From Thiohalomonadales bacterium (GTDB taxonomy: Bacteria > Pseudomonadota > Gammaproteobacteria > RBG-16-57-12): 64,000 nucleotides of DNA. Positions within the stretch are counted from its first letter, which is position 1; each line of letters opens with the position of its first letter. The translations under genes and the position numbers were made by a program. The stretch spans positions 10,219 through 74,218 of the forward strand of contig JBNKQQ010000083.1 of NCBI GenBank assembly GCA_050295955.1, read 5' to 3'. Shown here in pieces: positions 19,893-30,406 of this stretch. The notes under the pieces are model-generated. The model ran no database searches. It saw only the letters and a program-made list of their open reading frames with translations, and had not been told where the DNA came from.

Positions 19893-20167
19893 TGCTAGAC
19901 ATGATTGTATCTATTTCGGGTACATGTTGCTCTTCACCTAATTCTTTAGTATCTCCGGCATTCAGGATGGTGTTACGGTATATCTGATACTTACCAAACT
20001 ATCCATTGATTTTTATATGGTTTCTACTGTGTGGCATCGCAGGCTGAAATCTTGGTTTTGTGTAATATTGTTTTTTTTATGTGCTATATATTGTTCTCAC
20101 TCTAGTAAAAATTTGACGCTCTCTAGGTAGTTGGGGGAGGTTACAAACGCAGAATGGAGCGCTCATC

Positions 20168-20902
20168 ATGGTTGATGAAGTAACCGACGGTACTGATTAT
20201 GACAGTAGTGATGTTCAACAACGGGCAACATCGATTTTAAATGGCTATGTACCACCGCTAAGCAGTCATGTGGCGAGCTGGGAAGTGACCAAAAATGAGA
20301 CAGGTCGATTGGAGATAAATCGAAAGTTTCTGAAAGTCCCTCTGCTCTCCGATATCGGCACCTATTCCCGGCAATTGCAGCAGCATCTCTTTTCCAAGAA
20401 TCAGGTAGACCTATCCGAGGATCCCAACCTTTCAATTATGGCGGATATTCCCGCATACCAGAAAAGCCTGGATGTTTTTAGGCGACTCAAAGATTGTCCA
20501 TTTAAGTTGCACTATTACAAGAAGGCAGTGCCACTTCCCCGGGATGATATCGAGAAAAACCATGTACTCACTCTCCTATCAGGGGAACTCTCAACTCAAT
20601 TGCATGACAGCGATATTGGCGTACCACAGCGGGGAGTGCCTGGAGAGATTATTGTTGGGCGCAAGCGGGGGGGCGGTGCAAAGCATACTACCACGGTAGA
20701 AAAAGGTTCGGCCATTTTGGTGAGAGTGGATGGTGATGACTGGAGTGCAGATCCACTTACATTTTGGCATGATCTTGCGTTCTTGTACGATTGGAAGGCA
20801 AAGCCGGAGTTGACTCCAAGTCATCGGCCAATGCCTGAAGGGATGTATGAATTTGATGTGGATTGGACGTACAATGGGCAGAGCCTGACGTCCCTGGTAT
20901 AG
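20168..20902 (+). CDS. Hypothetical protein (244 aa) preceded by an AT-rich leader
   Basis: ORF only, no motif. The upstream 360 bp is AT-rich. Confidence 0.4.
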   Translation: MVDEVTDGTDYDSSDVQQRATSILNGYVPPLSSHVASWEVTKNETGRLEINRKFLKVPLLSDIGTYSRQLQQHLFSKNQVDLSEDPNLSIMADIPAYQKSLDVFRRLKDCPFKLHYYKKAVPLPRDDIEKNHVLTLLSGELSTQLHDSDIGVPQRGVPGEIIVGRKRGGGAKHTTTVEKGSAILVRVDGDDWSADPLTFWHDLAFLYDWKAKPELTPSHRPMPEGMYEFDVDWTYNGQSLTSLV

Positions 20903-20967
20903 AGGGTACTGTCGTGTAAGGCACTGTTTTTAAATGGTCTATGGCAATCCAATAAATCGGAGCATTC

Positions 20968-21219
20968 ATGAAAATCGCGGGCTTTATTCTGTTGTTACTG
21001 CTGCTTCCCTCGCTAGTTCAAGCTGGCGAAGAGCGCTGCTTGGATGAGGAGAGTCGCTTGGACGATAAGGCTGTGTGTAAAAAACTGGCGCCTGAAGTGG
21101 ATAATACGGTATATCCCAATAATATCTCTTCCCGAGCTCAAGCGGTAGCCAGGGCTGAGGCTATTAGAGCTAAGCAGGCCGCGGAGCGCCAACAGGAAGA
21201 GGATAAAGGGCAGGAGTGA
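20968..21219 (+). CDS. Small secreted protein with signal peptide and Ala/Gln-rich tail
   Basis: MKIAGFILLLLLLPSLVQA signal. 83 aa. Confidence 0.45.
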   Translation: MKIAGFILLLLLLPSLVQAGEERCLDEESRLDDKAVCKKLAPEVDNTVYPNNISSRAQAVARAEAIRAKQAAERQQEEDKGQE

Positions 21220-21229
21220 GGTTGTCTGA

Positions 21230-21262
21230 AATAAAAAGGGCTCTAACAAGGAGCCCTTTTTA
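21230..21262. terminator. Bidirectional rho-independent terminator between convergent genes
   Basis: aagggctc-taacaag-gagccctt with an A-run before and a T-run after. Confidence 0.7.
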
Positions 21263-21279
21263 TGTGGAGTCAGTAGTGA

Positions 21280-23547
21280 TTATTTCGTCAGTGCCATAAA
21301 CAGTTCTGGCAGTTTTTCAGGTAATCGCTCTACTTTATCGATAACGGTGTATTGATTGCCAAAAATACCCTGTACGTACTCATCTGCCTTTGGATCCAGC
21401 GTGATACAGTAGCTGTAGATACCATCACGGTCGAGTTCATTTACCGCCTGATGTGCATCTTCGATCAGCATACGTTCATCTTTGGTATCAATATCCGCGG
21501 GCTCACCATCCGTCAGAATCAACATCAATTTTTTATCGGCTGGTTGTGACTTTAGATAGTGGCCAGCATGACGCATAGCGGCGCCCATACGGGTAGAGAA
21601 TCCAGCTTCCATCGCACCAATACGACCTTTAACGCTGTCATCCCAAGGCTCGTTGTAGCCTTTGATGTGATAGTAGCGGACATCGTGGCGGGTGTTGGAG
21701 TGGAAACCGGAGATGGCAAAGGGGTCTCCCAAATGACCGACAGCCCAGGCTAGTAAAGAGACCGCCTCTTGTGATAGCTCGAGAATGGTTTGGCCACATC
21801 CCGGGACCTTTTCATTCAACGATGCAGACAGATCGAGTACCAGTGATACGGCAATATTACGTCCATCGGTGCGGTGGCTCATATTGATACGAGGGTCTGG
21901 CTGAGAGCCCGCTTTGTAATCGATGAGCGAGCGAATCGCTACATCCAGATCCAGCTCTGAACCTTCCTCTTGATAACGAATACGCACTTTATCTTGAGGT
22001 TTGATCATGTCGAGAATGCGCTTCATTTGTTTCGCTAAGCCCGCATGTTTTTCAAGCAAGCTGTCTACTTTGGCGGCACTGCCACTGGGATGTTTCATTT
22101 CGTAGACGCTAGCCCAATCGGGGCGGTAACTCTTATTGGTGTAATCCCACTCATCATAATGACGTGGTGGCAGTGCATGGATCTCTTCTTCTTCCTTGCG
22201 CTTTTTATCAAGGTGCTCGAAGATTTCATCTTCGTCACTATTCTCGATATAGATCCACAGGTGGCGGTTATCATCGCGATATTCTACTTCGGTATCCTGG
22301 AAGTAAACCTTGGGTGAGAGATCTGACTGACGACGCATGCGGGCGATAAAGGAGAGTCCCAATCTCGACATTTCCGGGCTATTGCTTTCACCTTCTGCCA
22401 TGGCGGCCCGGAAGCGATCAGCAAACTCTCGGATATCGGTATTATCGTATTTATAGTCTGGGTCCAGCATGGCACGGGAGACCATGGCCAGCTTGATACG
22501 AATGGCAGATACTTCGGGATCATCCAGCAGGCTTTCATCTGGGATTGGGTGTAGCGCCAAAAACAGCGGTTTTAAACCAGGATAGCGCTGCATCGCCAAG
22601 TAATCGACACGGCAATCCTCGAATATTTCAACACCAAGGCGTTGGAAGGGACTCCAATTGTCCACTACCATACGGGTACTCCAGCGGCGGTGCGCTGCCA
22701 TGTGCGCCAGCGCAGCGCGATAGCGATTAATACCACTGATTTCATCCAGATCATCATAGACGTCAGGAAGGCGGATACCGTCCTCATCGAAATAGGGCAT
22801 GGGTTTGACGAGGTTGTCAAACGCGAGTGAATAGGGGATGAGTTGATCCCCATCCTTCCACAGGCCTTTCAAATAGAGTTCCAGCTTGCGTTCGTTGTCG
22901 ATCAACAGGGTACCGTGTCGCTCCCGCTGTAACACCGCTTTTGAGTCAGCAGATGCCAAGGAGAAGTATTCAATCTGGCGCTCTGGATGATCGTTGTAAT
23001 AGCGCACACCGTAATCAATCCAGTTCTTAAACCCTGCCAGTGGCACAAGAGATAAGATAATTGGTGCCTGTTTGAGCATCTCTGGCAAGCCGGGACTCGG
23101 GAAGGTGGTATGGTGGCCATGAACCGAGCCGGTGGTGCGATTCATCATGTCTCGCACGACTTCGATATAATGGCCAAACAGGTCCCGGCTATGCAGTCGG
23201 CTTGCAACGGCACCACTGGTTTGCAGGAATGGCACTATTGCTTTGAAGTTGGTGTGAGTTGACATGTAATGCGAAAACTCACGCAGCTCAATTAGAGCCT
23301 CTTCACCTGCGAATGCAGCAACACGTGGTGCCTCTTCCAAATAAATCAGTAGTGGCTCGGGCCCACGTCCCATCTTGCCGAGTGATCGGGCATTCTCTAG
23401 GTAAGCGTTTAGCCCATCGCTCGATAACAAGGAGATGGCTTCTTTGAGGCATTCATCGAAAACCTCATTGACCTGGGCAAATTTACAGCCCAGTTTTTCC
23501 CAATAGGCTTCAAACTCTTTACTTCGTTCGGTTGTGCTATCCATCAA
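21280..23547 (-). CDS. cbbO: CbbO, RuBisCO activation protein (C-terminal VWA domain)
   Basis: 755 aa. C-terminal VWA with DxSxS MIDAS (LDLSASLNE). Lies downstream of cbbQ in the cbbM cluster. Confidence 0.8.
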   Translation of the reverse strand: MMDSTTERSKEFEAYWEKLGCKFAQVNEVFDECLKEAISLLSSDGLNAYLENARSLGKMGRGPEPLLIYLEEAPRVAAFAGEEALIELREFSHYMSTHTNFKAIVPFLQTSGAVASRLHSRDLFGHYIEVVRDMMNRTTGSVHGHHTTFPSPGLPEMLKQAPIILSLVPLAGFKNWIDYGVRYYNDHPERQIEYFSLASADSKAVLQRERHGTLLIDNERKLELYLKGLWKDGDQLIPYSLAFDNLVKPMPYFDEDGIRLPDVYDDLDEISGINRYRAALAHMAAHRRWSTRMVVDNWSPFQRLGVEIFEDCRVDYLAMQRYPGLKPLFLALHPIPDESLLDDPEVSAIRIKLAMVSRAMLDPDYKYDNTDIREFADRFRAAMAEGESNSPEMSRLGLSFIARMRRQSDLSPKVYFQDTEVEYRDDNRHLWIYIENSDEDEIFEHLDKKRKEEEEIHALPPRHYDEWDYTNKSYRPDWASVYEMKHPSGSAAKVDSLLEKHAGLAKQMKRILDMIKPQDKVRIRYQEEGSELDLDVAIRSLIDYKAGSQPDPRINMSHRTDGRNIAVSLVLDLSASLNEKVPGCGQTILELSQEAVSLLAWAVGHLGDPFAISGFHSNTRHDVRYYHIKGYNEPWDDSVKGRIGAMEAGFSTRMGAAMRHAGHYLKSQPADKKLMLILTDGEPADIDTKDERMLIEDAHQAVNELDRDGIYSYCITLDPKADEYVQGIFGNQYTVIDKVERLPEKLPELFMALTK

Positions 23548-23598
23548 TCATGCCACCATGTCGCTAATCAGTTTGGTTTCGATACTCAGTTGTTGGCC

Positions 23599-24408
23599 TT
23601 AGCCAAACGACGCTTCAATTGCGTGATCCAGCGTATCGCGGATATCTGCATCATCCGTAATGGGGTGAACCAATGCCATGCGACAAGCATCCTTGGGCGC
23701 AACGCCATCTTTGATTAGGGTTGCTGCATAGACCAGCAGGCGGGTTGAGATGCCTTCATCCAAGCCGTGACCTTTAAGGTTACGAGCTGCTTGACCAATT
23801 TTCACCAGATTGCTGGCCAGGGCCGCTTCGACACCTGTTTCTTTGGCCAGAATTGAGGTCTCCGTCTCTTCCGTAGGATAGTCGAACTCAAATCCGGTAA
23901 AGCGCTGCTTGGTGGACTGTTTCAGATCCTTCATCAGGCTCTGGTAGCCAGGGTTATAGGAGATAACCAGTTGGAAGTCTGGGTGGGCTTCGATTAGCTC
24001 ACCTTTTTTATCCAGTGGTAGGGTGCGACGGTGGTCAGTTAGGGGGTGGATAACTACGGTAGTATCCTGACGAGCCTCTACTACTTCATCCAGATAGCAG
24101 ATAGCCCCCAAGCGCGCAGCGGTGGTCAATGGGCCATCTAACCAGCGTGTGCCGTTGGCATCCAGCAGGTAACGACCAACCAGATCAGAGGCAGTCATGT
24201 CTTCATTACAGGCAACAGTGATCAAAGGCTTACCCAGTTTCCACGCCATGTACTCTACAAAGCGTGATTTACCACAGCCTGTCGGGCCTTTTACCATTAC
24301 TGGCAGGCGTTTGTTGTAAGCGGCCTGATAGAGTTCTACCTCGTTACCTTGTGCTTGGTAGAAAGGCTCTTCTTTGATCATGTACTGCTGGATGTCCACC
24401 TGACTCAT
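23599..24408 (-). CDS. cbbQ: CbbQ, MoxR-type AAA+ ATPase (RuBisCO activase component)
   Basis: 269 aa. Walker A GPTGCGKS. Typical CbbQ/NirQ/NorQ length and context. Confidence 0.85.
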   Translation of the reverse strand: MSQVDIQQYMIKEEPFYQAQGNEVELYQAAYNKRLPVMVKGPTGCGKSRFVEYMAWKLGKPLITVACNEDMTASDLVGRYLLDANGTRWLDGPLTTAARLGAICYLDEVVEARQDTTVVIHPLTDHRRTLPLDKKGELIEAHPDFQLVISYNPGYQSLMKDLKQSTKQRFTGFEFDYPTEETETSILAKETGVEAALASNLVKIGQAARNLKGHGLDEGISTRLLVYAATLIKDGVAPKDACRMALVHPITDDADIRDTLDHAIEASFG

Positions 24409-24763
24409 TGGATAACTCCTAGGGAATAGTTGATCTTAATTGAGGGTCATTATTATTGAGGTTAAGCATAAATAACAGTCAGGGTTTTTGATTGGTTGGA
24501 TAAGTAATCATTTATGTGTGGTTTGTTCTGGCGTTGGTCGTGGTAGGGGACTGCTTGCTGATGATTATTTATTGGGGTCCTCTACAAAAAAATGTGATTC
24601 AGTAAAAAAAAATTATTTTTCAATATATTGTGTATGTGTCAGTTCACTTTTTTTCAGTATGACAAATGAATGAGATGTTTTTTCGATGGCGCCGCGCCAA
24701 CAAAAAAGCCCCCACCCATGGTGGAGGCTTTAGGCTGATAGGCTAAAAGAAAATAAAAAGGGA

Positions 24764-25093
24764 TTAGTCTTCCGCTTCATCCTCTTTTACATCCATTTCT
24801 GGATCCCAGCCCATCTTTTTGGCCCGTTCAACGGCATCGTTCTGGATGCGGGTGAATTTCTCTTGTAGTTCAGGCGGAAGATTGCTAACTAGGAAGCCAT
24901 ATTTTTCCCATTCAGCACTGGTTTTTGCCCATAAATCTTGGATACCTTGAGGAAGCCATCCTTCGCAATCCTGATCCTCAGGGAGTAGTCCGAAGATCCA
25001 GGCGTCGCGGATGATCTTGCCGGTATCGGTCATGCCGCCAAAGTGGTCGTTATAGATGCCCACATACTTTTTAGTTTCTTTATTTATACGCAT
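24764..25093 (-). CDS. Hypothetical protein (109 aa) inserted between cbbM and cbbQ
   Basis: ORF with acidic C-terminus. Same strand as the cbb genes. A terminator-like hairpin lies just downstream at ~24700-24735. Confidence 0.45.
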   Translation of the reverse strand: MRINKETKKYVGIYNDHFGGMTDTGKIIRDAWIFGLLPEDQDCEGWLPQGIQDLWAKTSAEWEKYGFLVSNLPPELQEKFTRIQNDAVERAKKMGWDPEMDVKEDEAED

Positions 25094-25317
25094 AGCTTGT
25101 CCTGCCTAAAAAATGCTCGATGGCGCGAGTATAGCTCAATAGCTAGGTGCGAGGTCAACGGGGGAAGATAGTTGGAGTGGGGTTTAATTCACTGTTAATC
25201 TTGATTTGTCGCAGAGTTGGTTATTTTGAATGGATAAAATAGCAAGAAGCCCTTGCCAAAAGGCAAGGGCTTCTTAGTACTACAGCTTTTGCTGAGACTG
25301 GGGTGACACAAGTAATC

Positions 25318-26730
25318 TTACTTGTGTGAACCCAGTTGATCGCGCCAGCCTGGGAAGTACTTGTCAGCATCGTGAGGGAATGACTCGAATGCACGAGCAA
25401 ACTCAGGGTGAGTTTTTGCGTATTCGATTGGATCAGTACCGTCTTTCCAGCACTCGTATGCTTGACCCAGAGAAATACCACCCGCTGCTGGGCTGTCGAT
25501 GTGACCGAATGAGCCACCACCACAAGTGTTGATAACGTTACCGTGACCCAGGTTCTCGAAGAAGCCTGGCAGGCGCAGTGCGTTCATACCGCCAGAGATG
25601 ATTGGGGTACAAGCCTTCATGCCGTGCCACTTCTGGTAGAAGTAAGGACCTTGGCACTCATCACGCTCCAGCATGTAAGCCAGAACAGTCTCACCAGCGT
25701 GACCTTCCATCTTACCGTAACCCATGGTACCAGTGTGGATACCAGAAGCACCCATCAGACGAGCCAGCTTCATGTAGCACAGTGGATCCATACCCATTGG
25801 TGACTTGTAAGAAGTTACCGCACCGTGACCTGCGCGGTGGAAGTGCAGGAAGGTGTCTGGGAATGCGCGACGGCAAGTTGTTACACCAGCAGGGCCAGTT
25901 ACGAAGCCATCAACCAGGAAGGCAACGTGAGATTCACTGTTGTACTTCGCGAATTCACCCAGGATGTACTCACCACGACGGATCATTTCACCGTGGAAGT
26001 CAGCAGTTACGTTCGCAGAGAACAGTTTAGCTTGACCAGTTTCTTGCTGTGCACGGTCCATCGCTTCTGCAACCTTAGGAATAACCACTTCCATTGGGCA
26101 GAAAGGTTGGTTAGCTTGTGGCTCATCGTTCTTGATGAAGTCACCACCCAGCCAGAAGTCATAGCATGCCTTAGCGAAAGGATCAGGACGCAGACCCAGT
26201 TTAGGCTTGATGATGGTGCCCGCAATGTAACCACCGTCAACTTCTGGACGACCCAGAACTTTCCACAGATTAGAGATGTTGGCAGAAGGACCGTCGAACT
26301 TCTTAACCATGCACTCAGGTACCATGAAGTCCAGCATACGCAGGCCTTCGTGATCGCCCATACCTTGGTTGTTACCCAGGATCAGAGACCACATGTGAGA
26401 AACGTTGAAGATACCGTCAGTCAGGTTAGGATCAAACAGGTCAACAGGGTATGCGATCTTCATCAGGCCGCCACCTTTAACTGGATCGTCACCGAAAGCA
26501 GTTTCGTCGATTTCGTATACCAGTGCGTCAACACCGCGGGTGAAGTCGTCAGTGGTAGATACTTCTACGTTGGTACCAGTAGAAGATTCTGCTGCAACGT
26601 GTGCTGCAACTTCCAGGAAGCCGTAGCCTTTAGCAGGAATCAGCTTGTAGGCAACCAGCAGGTGCTTACCACCATCGATTAGATCCTGTTCGTTCAGGTC
26701 CAGTCTTGCGTAACGGTTGGATTGATCCAT
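25318..26730 (-). CDS. cbbM: Ribulose-1,5-bisphosphate carboxylase/oxygenase, form II large subunit
   Basis: 470 aa. Form II length and sequence (no small-subunit gene adjacent). Followed by cbbQ/cbbO with divergent cbbR. Confidence 0.9.
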   Translation of the reverse strand: MDQSNRYARLDLNEQDLIDGGKHLLVAYKLIPAKGYGFLEVAAHVAAESSTGTNVEVSTTDDFTRGVDALVYEIDETAFGDDPVKGGGLMKIAYPVDLFDPNLTDGIFNVSHMWSLILGNNQGMGDHEGLRMLDFMVPECMVKKFDGPSANISNLWKVLGRPEVDGGYIAGTIIKPKLGLRPDPFAKACYDFWLGGDFIKNDEPQANQPFCPMEVVIPKVAEAMDRAQQETGQAKLFSANVTADFHGEMIRRGEYILGEFAKYNSESHVAFLVDGFVTGPAGVTTCRRAFPDTFLHFHRAGHGAVTSYKSPMGMDPLCYMKLARLMGASGIHTGTMGYGKMEGHAGETVLAYMLERDECQGPYFYQKWHGMKACTPIISGGMNALRLPGFFENLGHGNVINTCGGGSFGHIDSPAAGGISLGQAYECWKDGTDPIEYAKTHPEFARAFESFPHDADKYFPGWRDQLGSHK

Positions 26731-27067
26731 TGTCGTCTCCTGTATTCAGGGGAGTCCCCTGAGGTTATGTTACCGGTCTGCCGAGGCTTGCCGGCGCTTT
26801 TCTTGGCTTTAGCGGTTAATGACTAATGCCCTCAAATTCGATGTGCGTACTTTACCCATGTTTAATCATAAATTAAATTCAAATTATATTATTATTACGA
26901 TAAGATTTACCTTATAGGTTATTGTGTATGGCGAGAAACCTATATATAGATATGATCTATGTTGGTGGAAAGAGTGTTTCGTCCTTGATGGGATTTTTTT
27001 GAGTATTTTTTGTTCATTTGTCGCTATTTTCATGTGGCATTCGATTTGGCTCTGATGAGGTGATGCT
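26731..27067. promoter_or_regulatory. Divergent cbbR/cbbM control region (AT-rich, expected CbbR binding sites)
   Basis: 337-bp AT-rich intergenic region between divergent LysR regulator and RuBisCO genes. Exact boxes not resolved. Confidence 0.4.
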
Positions 27068-27979
27068 ATGGCGCTGAATATTACGATTCGTCAATTGAAG
27101 GTTTTTCAGGCTGTGGCACGTCATAATGGTTTTACCCGGGCTGCGGAGGAGTTGCATCTTACGCAGCCGGCAGTTTCTATGCAGGTGAAGCAGTTGGAGG
27201 AGCAGGTAGGCTTGCCCCTTTTTGAGCAGGTAGGTAAGAAGATCTTCCTGACAGAGGCGGGGAGAGAGATGCAGCACTATGCCAAACAGTTCTCTAATTT
27301 GTTGCAGGAGGCAGAGGATGTGTTTGAGTCAATTAAAGGGGTTCAGCGAGGGAGCCTGGATATCTCGGTTGCTAGCACGGCTAATAATTTTGGCACTAAG
27401 CTTTTGGCCGCATTTAGTCGTGAGCACCCATCGGTAACAATCAAATTGGATGTGACCAATCGAGAAACTCTGCTGAAGCAATTGGCAGAGAACGAAAAAG
27501 ATTTGGTGATTATGGGGCGGCCCCCTAGCAATATGGAGTTGGAGGCCATCCCATTTCTTGATAACCCCCTTGTGGTGATCGCCCCGGCCGCACATCCTTG
27601 GGCGAAAGAGAAGGATATTGATCCTGAGCGGTTACGTGATCGTACCTTTGTGGTGAGGGAGAAGGGGTCTGGTACTCGCATGTTGATGGAGCGCTTTTTT
27701 GAGTCTCACGATATCCCTTTCGAGCCAGGCATGGAGATGACGAGTAATGAGGCGATTAAGCAAGCGGTAGAAGCAGGACTAGGCTTGGCCGTGGTCTCCA
27801 TGCATACACTCCGACTGGAGTTGGAGACCAGTCGCTTAGCGGTACTGGATGTGCAGGATTTTCCCATTATGCGCCATTGGTATCTGGTGCACCCCAAGAG
27901 CAAACGTTTATCTCCAGTTGCTTTGGCATTTCGGGAGTTTGTGTTGCAGCGGGCTGGTGAAATTCTATTGCAGACCTGA
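27068..27979 (+). CDS. cbbR: LysR-family transcriptional regulator CbbR
   Basis: N-terminal HTH (IRQLKVFQAVARHNGFTRAAEELHLTQPAVS). 303 aa. Divergent from cbbM. Confidence 0.85.
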   Translation: MALNITIRQLKVFQAVARHNGFTRAAEELHLTQPAVSMQVKQLEEQVGLPLFEQVGKKIFLTEAGREMQHYAKQFSNLLQEAEDVFESIKGVQRGSLDISVASTANNFGTKLLAAFSREHPSVTIKLDVTNRETLLKQLAENEKDLVIMGRPPSNMELEAIPFLDNPLVVIAPAAHPWAKEKDIDPERLRDRTFVVREKGSGTRMLMERFFESHDIPFEPGMEMTSNEAIKQAVEAGLGLAVVSMHTLRLELETSRLAVLDVQDFPIMRHWYLVHPKSKRLSPVALAFREFVLQRAGEILLQT

Positions 27980-27992
27980 TTTGTGCAGGGCC

Positions 27993-28898
27993 TTACTTAT
28001 TCTCCAGATCCCGGCCTTTTTCGATATCGTCCCAGGTCGTACCTTTGGGTGTGGTCAGCCAACGCATTAATTTATTGGTGAAGCTGGCATTGCGGGCTTT
28101 TTTCCGGATACTGGCATTAACGCTTGGCGGTGGTGGGGGGGCGGCAGATACCGTTGGGGCATGCTGGTGTTGCTCCCGACCGCTGTCCAAGTGAGTCACC
28201 TCATCCTCTGAAAGAATTACAATCTCGATGGGGACCGGCATGGTTTCGATGCTTTTTCCGCTCTCCACGTGCTCTAGATTTAGCCCCAGGCTGGCCACGG
28301 TATTTTCCATTACCTTACGCATGCCTTCGTTAAGGGTATCAGAGCTGAGCATCTCCTTGGTCTCTTCCATCATATTCATGATACTGAGTGAGACCCGTTT
28401 TCTGCAGGTTTTTTCCCGGGCACTGACCTCGGCCAGCTTTTTGACGATGATTTCACTACTGACGCTGAAGGGAGTCGGTTTGGTAACTTCGCCACGGGAG
28501 TGTAGGATACCTTTGATGGCAACCGCTGTTTGTGAGTTCTTGGAGTAGGTTTCCAGCAGGGCATCAATTTGCTCTTCGCCGACGGAAAGAGAGACCAATT
28601 GGTCATCGTTCATTTCGGCGATATCGAGAATAATTTCCAGTTTACCCTGTACCGATTTTTCGAGATGGGCGAGGGTTTCCCGTAGTTTTCCAGTGGGTTG
28701 TACGCGGACACTCTCTTCCAGGCTATCCATCAAGGCCTTGATTTTAGGGGCCGCACTGGAGACGGGTTTTCCCAGCATGACAATTGAGTGCAGGCTGTCA
28801 TTCAGGCGTTCAACCGCTAATGCTATTTGTACCACTTTCTCTAAAGTGGCACGCTTCTTTTGTAACGCGGTCAATTCATCTGTCGGGTTGCTGGTCAT
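27993..28898 (-). CDS. Hypothetical protein (301 aa) with poly-Pro segment
   Basis: ORF, coiled-coil-like N-terminus, PPPPPS tract. No assignable domain. Confidence 0.45.
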   Translation of the reverse strand: MTSNPTDELTALQKKRATLEKVVQIALAVERLNDSLHSIVMLGKPVSSAAPKIKALMDSLEESVRVQPTGKLRETLAHLEKSVQGKLEIILDIAEMNDDQLVSLSVGEEQIDALLETYSKNSQTAVAIKGILHSRGEVTKPTPFSVSSEIIVKKLAEVSAREKTCRKRVSLSIMNMMEETKEMLSSDTLNEGMRKVMENTVASLGLNLEHVESGKSIETMPVPIEIVILSEDEVTHLDSGREQHQHAPTVSAAPPPPPSVNASIRKKARNASFTNKLMRWLTTPKGTTWDDIEKGRDLENK

Positions 28899-28993
28899 TT
28901 ACTTCTCCGGTGAAAAAAACAAAACACTAATATTGTTATTTTTCGGTGATAAGCCAGATTACATGAGCGATATGGAAAAAGGCAAATAGTTAA

Positions 28994-30280
28994 TCAGGCG
29001 TTTGTTGGATTTGTTCTCCGAGGCGCGCTACGTCGCTTCCCAACGCTTTTCTTATCTCTTAGGCGTTTTTTCACTTTGCTCTTTTTCTTAGCTACTTTGG
29101 GTTTCTTGCTGCCATAGGCTTTTCCGGAAGCTTTTACCTTCTCAGGGCCTTTGTATTTTGCGGGTAAATCCTCGATTTCTCGCCGGACTAGCTTTTGTTT
29201 TAGGTAGCGTTCGATGCTGGCGGTCAGATTCCATTCTGAGGCATCAATCAGCGTGATGGCTAAGCCCTCTTTGCGTCCACGTCCGGTACGGCCAATACGG
29301 TGCAGATAAGTATCGCCACGGCGGGCCATTTCGTAGTTGATGACGAGATCAGTTCCTTCAATATCCAGGCCGCGGGCAGCCAGATCTGTTGCGACTAGGA
29401 TGTTGATTTTACCGTCCAGAAGCAGGCCCATAACGCGCTCACGTTCTTGCTGTTCCAAACGGCCATGCAAAACGCCTACTCGCAGTCTGCGGTGCATCAG
29501 GTAGCTGCCAACCTTTTCTGCTTTCTCTCGGCTGTTGGTGAAGATGATGGCTCGTTGGTATGTTTCTCGACGTAGCAGCCAATTTAGCAGTGCCTGCTTG
29601 TGTTGAGTGCCATCAGAAAGGATCAGTTGCTGCAGGATATTGGCGTGTTTATCCCAAACCGTGTTTAGTGAAACCAGCTCAGGCTGGTTCATGATCTCTT
29701 TGGCCAGAGTGCTGATGGTACCTTTGCTGGAGGCAGAAACCAGTAGGGTTTGGCGTGAGTCATTGCACTGCTTGATAATGGCTAGGACGTCATCCGCCAT
29801 ACTCATATCCAGCATACGGTCTACCTCATCCAGTACCAGCATCTCGATATCCATCAGGTCAGCTGCGCCGATCTTTAGAAGTTCCAGCAGGCGTCCAGGG
29901 GTGGCAATAATGACATCAGGCTGGTGTTGCAATACTTCAGCCTGTGCATTGATGTTGTCGCCACCACAGACCAAGTCTATTTTCAGGCGGGTGAATTTGG
30001 CTAGGTCACAACAGACACTGTATACCTGGGCAGCTAGCTCACGGGTCGGTAGTAGTACTAGAGCGCGACTGCCGCCACTGCTGGATTGGCTTAATAGGGT
30101 TTGCAGCATCGGGATGAGAAAGGCAATGGTCTTGCCGCTGCCGGTTTCGGCATTGATCTGCAGATCGATTTTATCCAGTGCCAGGGGAATTGCTTTGACC
30201 TGGACGGCTGTTGGGTCTTTCAGGCCCATTTCACTCAGGGCACGGGTCAGTGAACGGTGTAGATTGAAGTGTGCAAACAA
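28994..30280 (-). CDS. DEAD-box ATP-dependent RNA helicase (DEVD variant) with basic C-terminal tail
   Basis: Q-motif, AETGSGKT, DEVD, SAS and HRIGRTGR motifs. Lys/Arg-rich tail. Confidence 0.85.
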   Translation of the reverse strand: MFAHFNLHRSLTRALSEMGLKDPTAVQVKAIPLALDKIDLQINAETGSGKTIAFLIPMLQTLLSQSSSGGSRALVLLPTRELAAQVYSVCCDLAKFTRLKIDLVCGGDNINAQAEVLQHQPDVIIATPGRLLELLKIGAADLMDIEMLVLDEVDRMLDMSMADDVLAIIKQCNDSRQTLLVSASSKGTISTLAKEIMNQPELVSLNTVWDKHANILQQLILSDGTQHKQALLNWLLRRETYQRAIIFTNSREKAEKVGSYLMHRRLRVGVLHGRLEQQERERVMGLLLDGKINILVATDLAARGLDIEGTDLVINYEMARRGDTYLHRIGRTGRGRKEGLAITLIDASEWNLTASIERYLKQKLVRREIEDLPAKYKGPEKVKASGKAYGSKKPKVAKKKSKVKKRLRDKKSVGKRRSAPRRTNPTNA

Positions 30281-30406
30281 GGGGAGCCGCCTCTCTAAAT
30301 TTCAGCCGGGAATAGTAGCAGAAAAGCGCCGATACGCCTATGTTCAGAGGGAAGAGAGTGTTAGTCTTCCACTGAATGATAATAACAATATTCAAGGAGA
30401 GTCAGG

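Noticed and set aside
25543-26682. Long plus-strand ORFs (86, 142, 285 aa) antisense to cbbM
   Set aside because: They lie entirely within the strongly supported form II RuBisCO gene on the opposite strand and have no RBS or motif support. Typical antisense shadow ORFs of a GC-biased gene.
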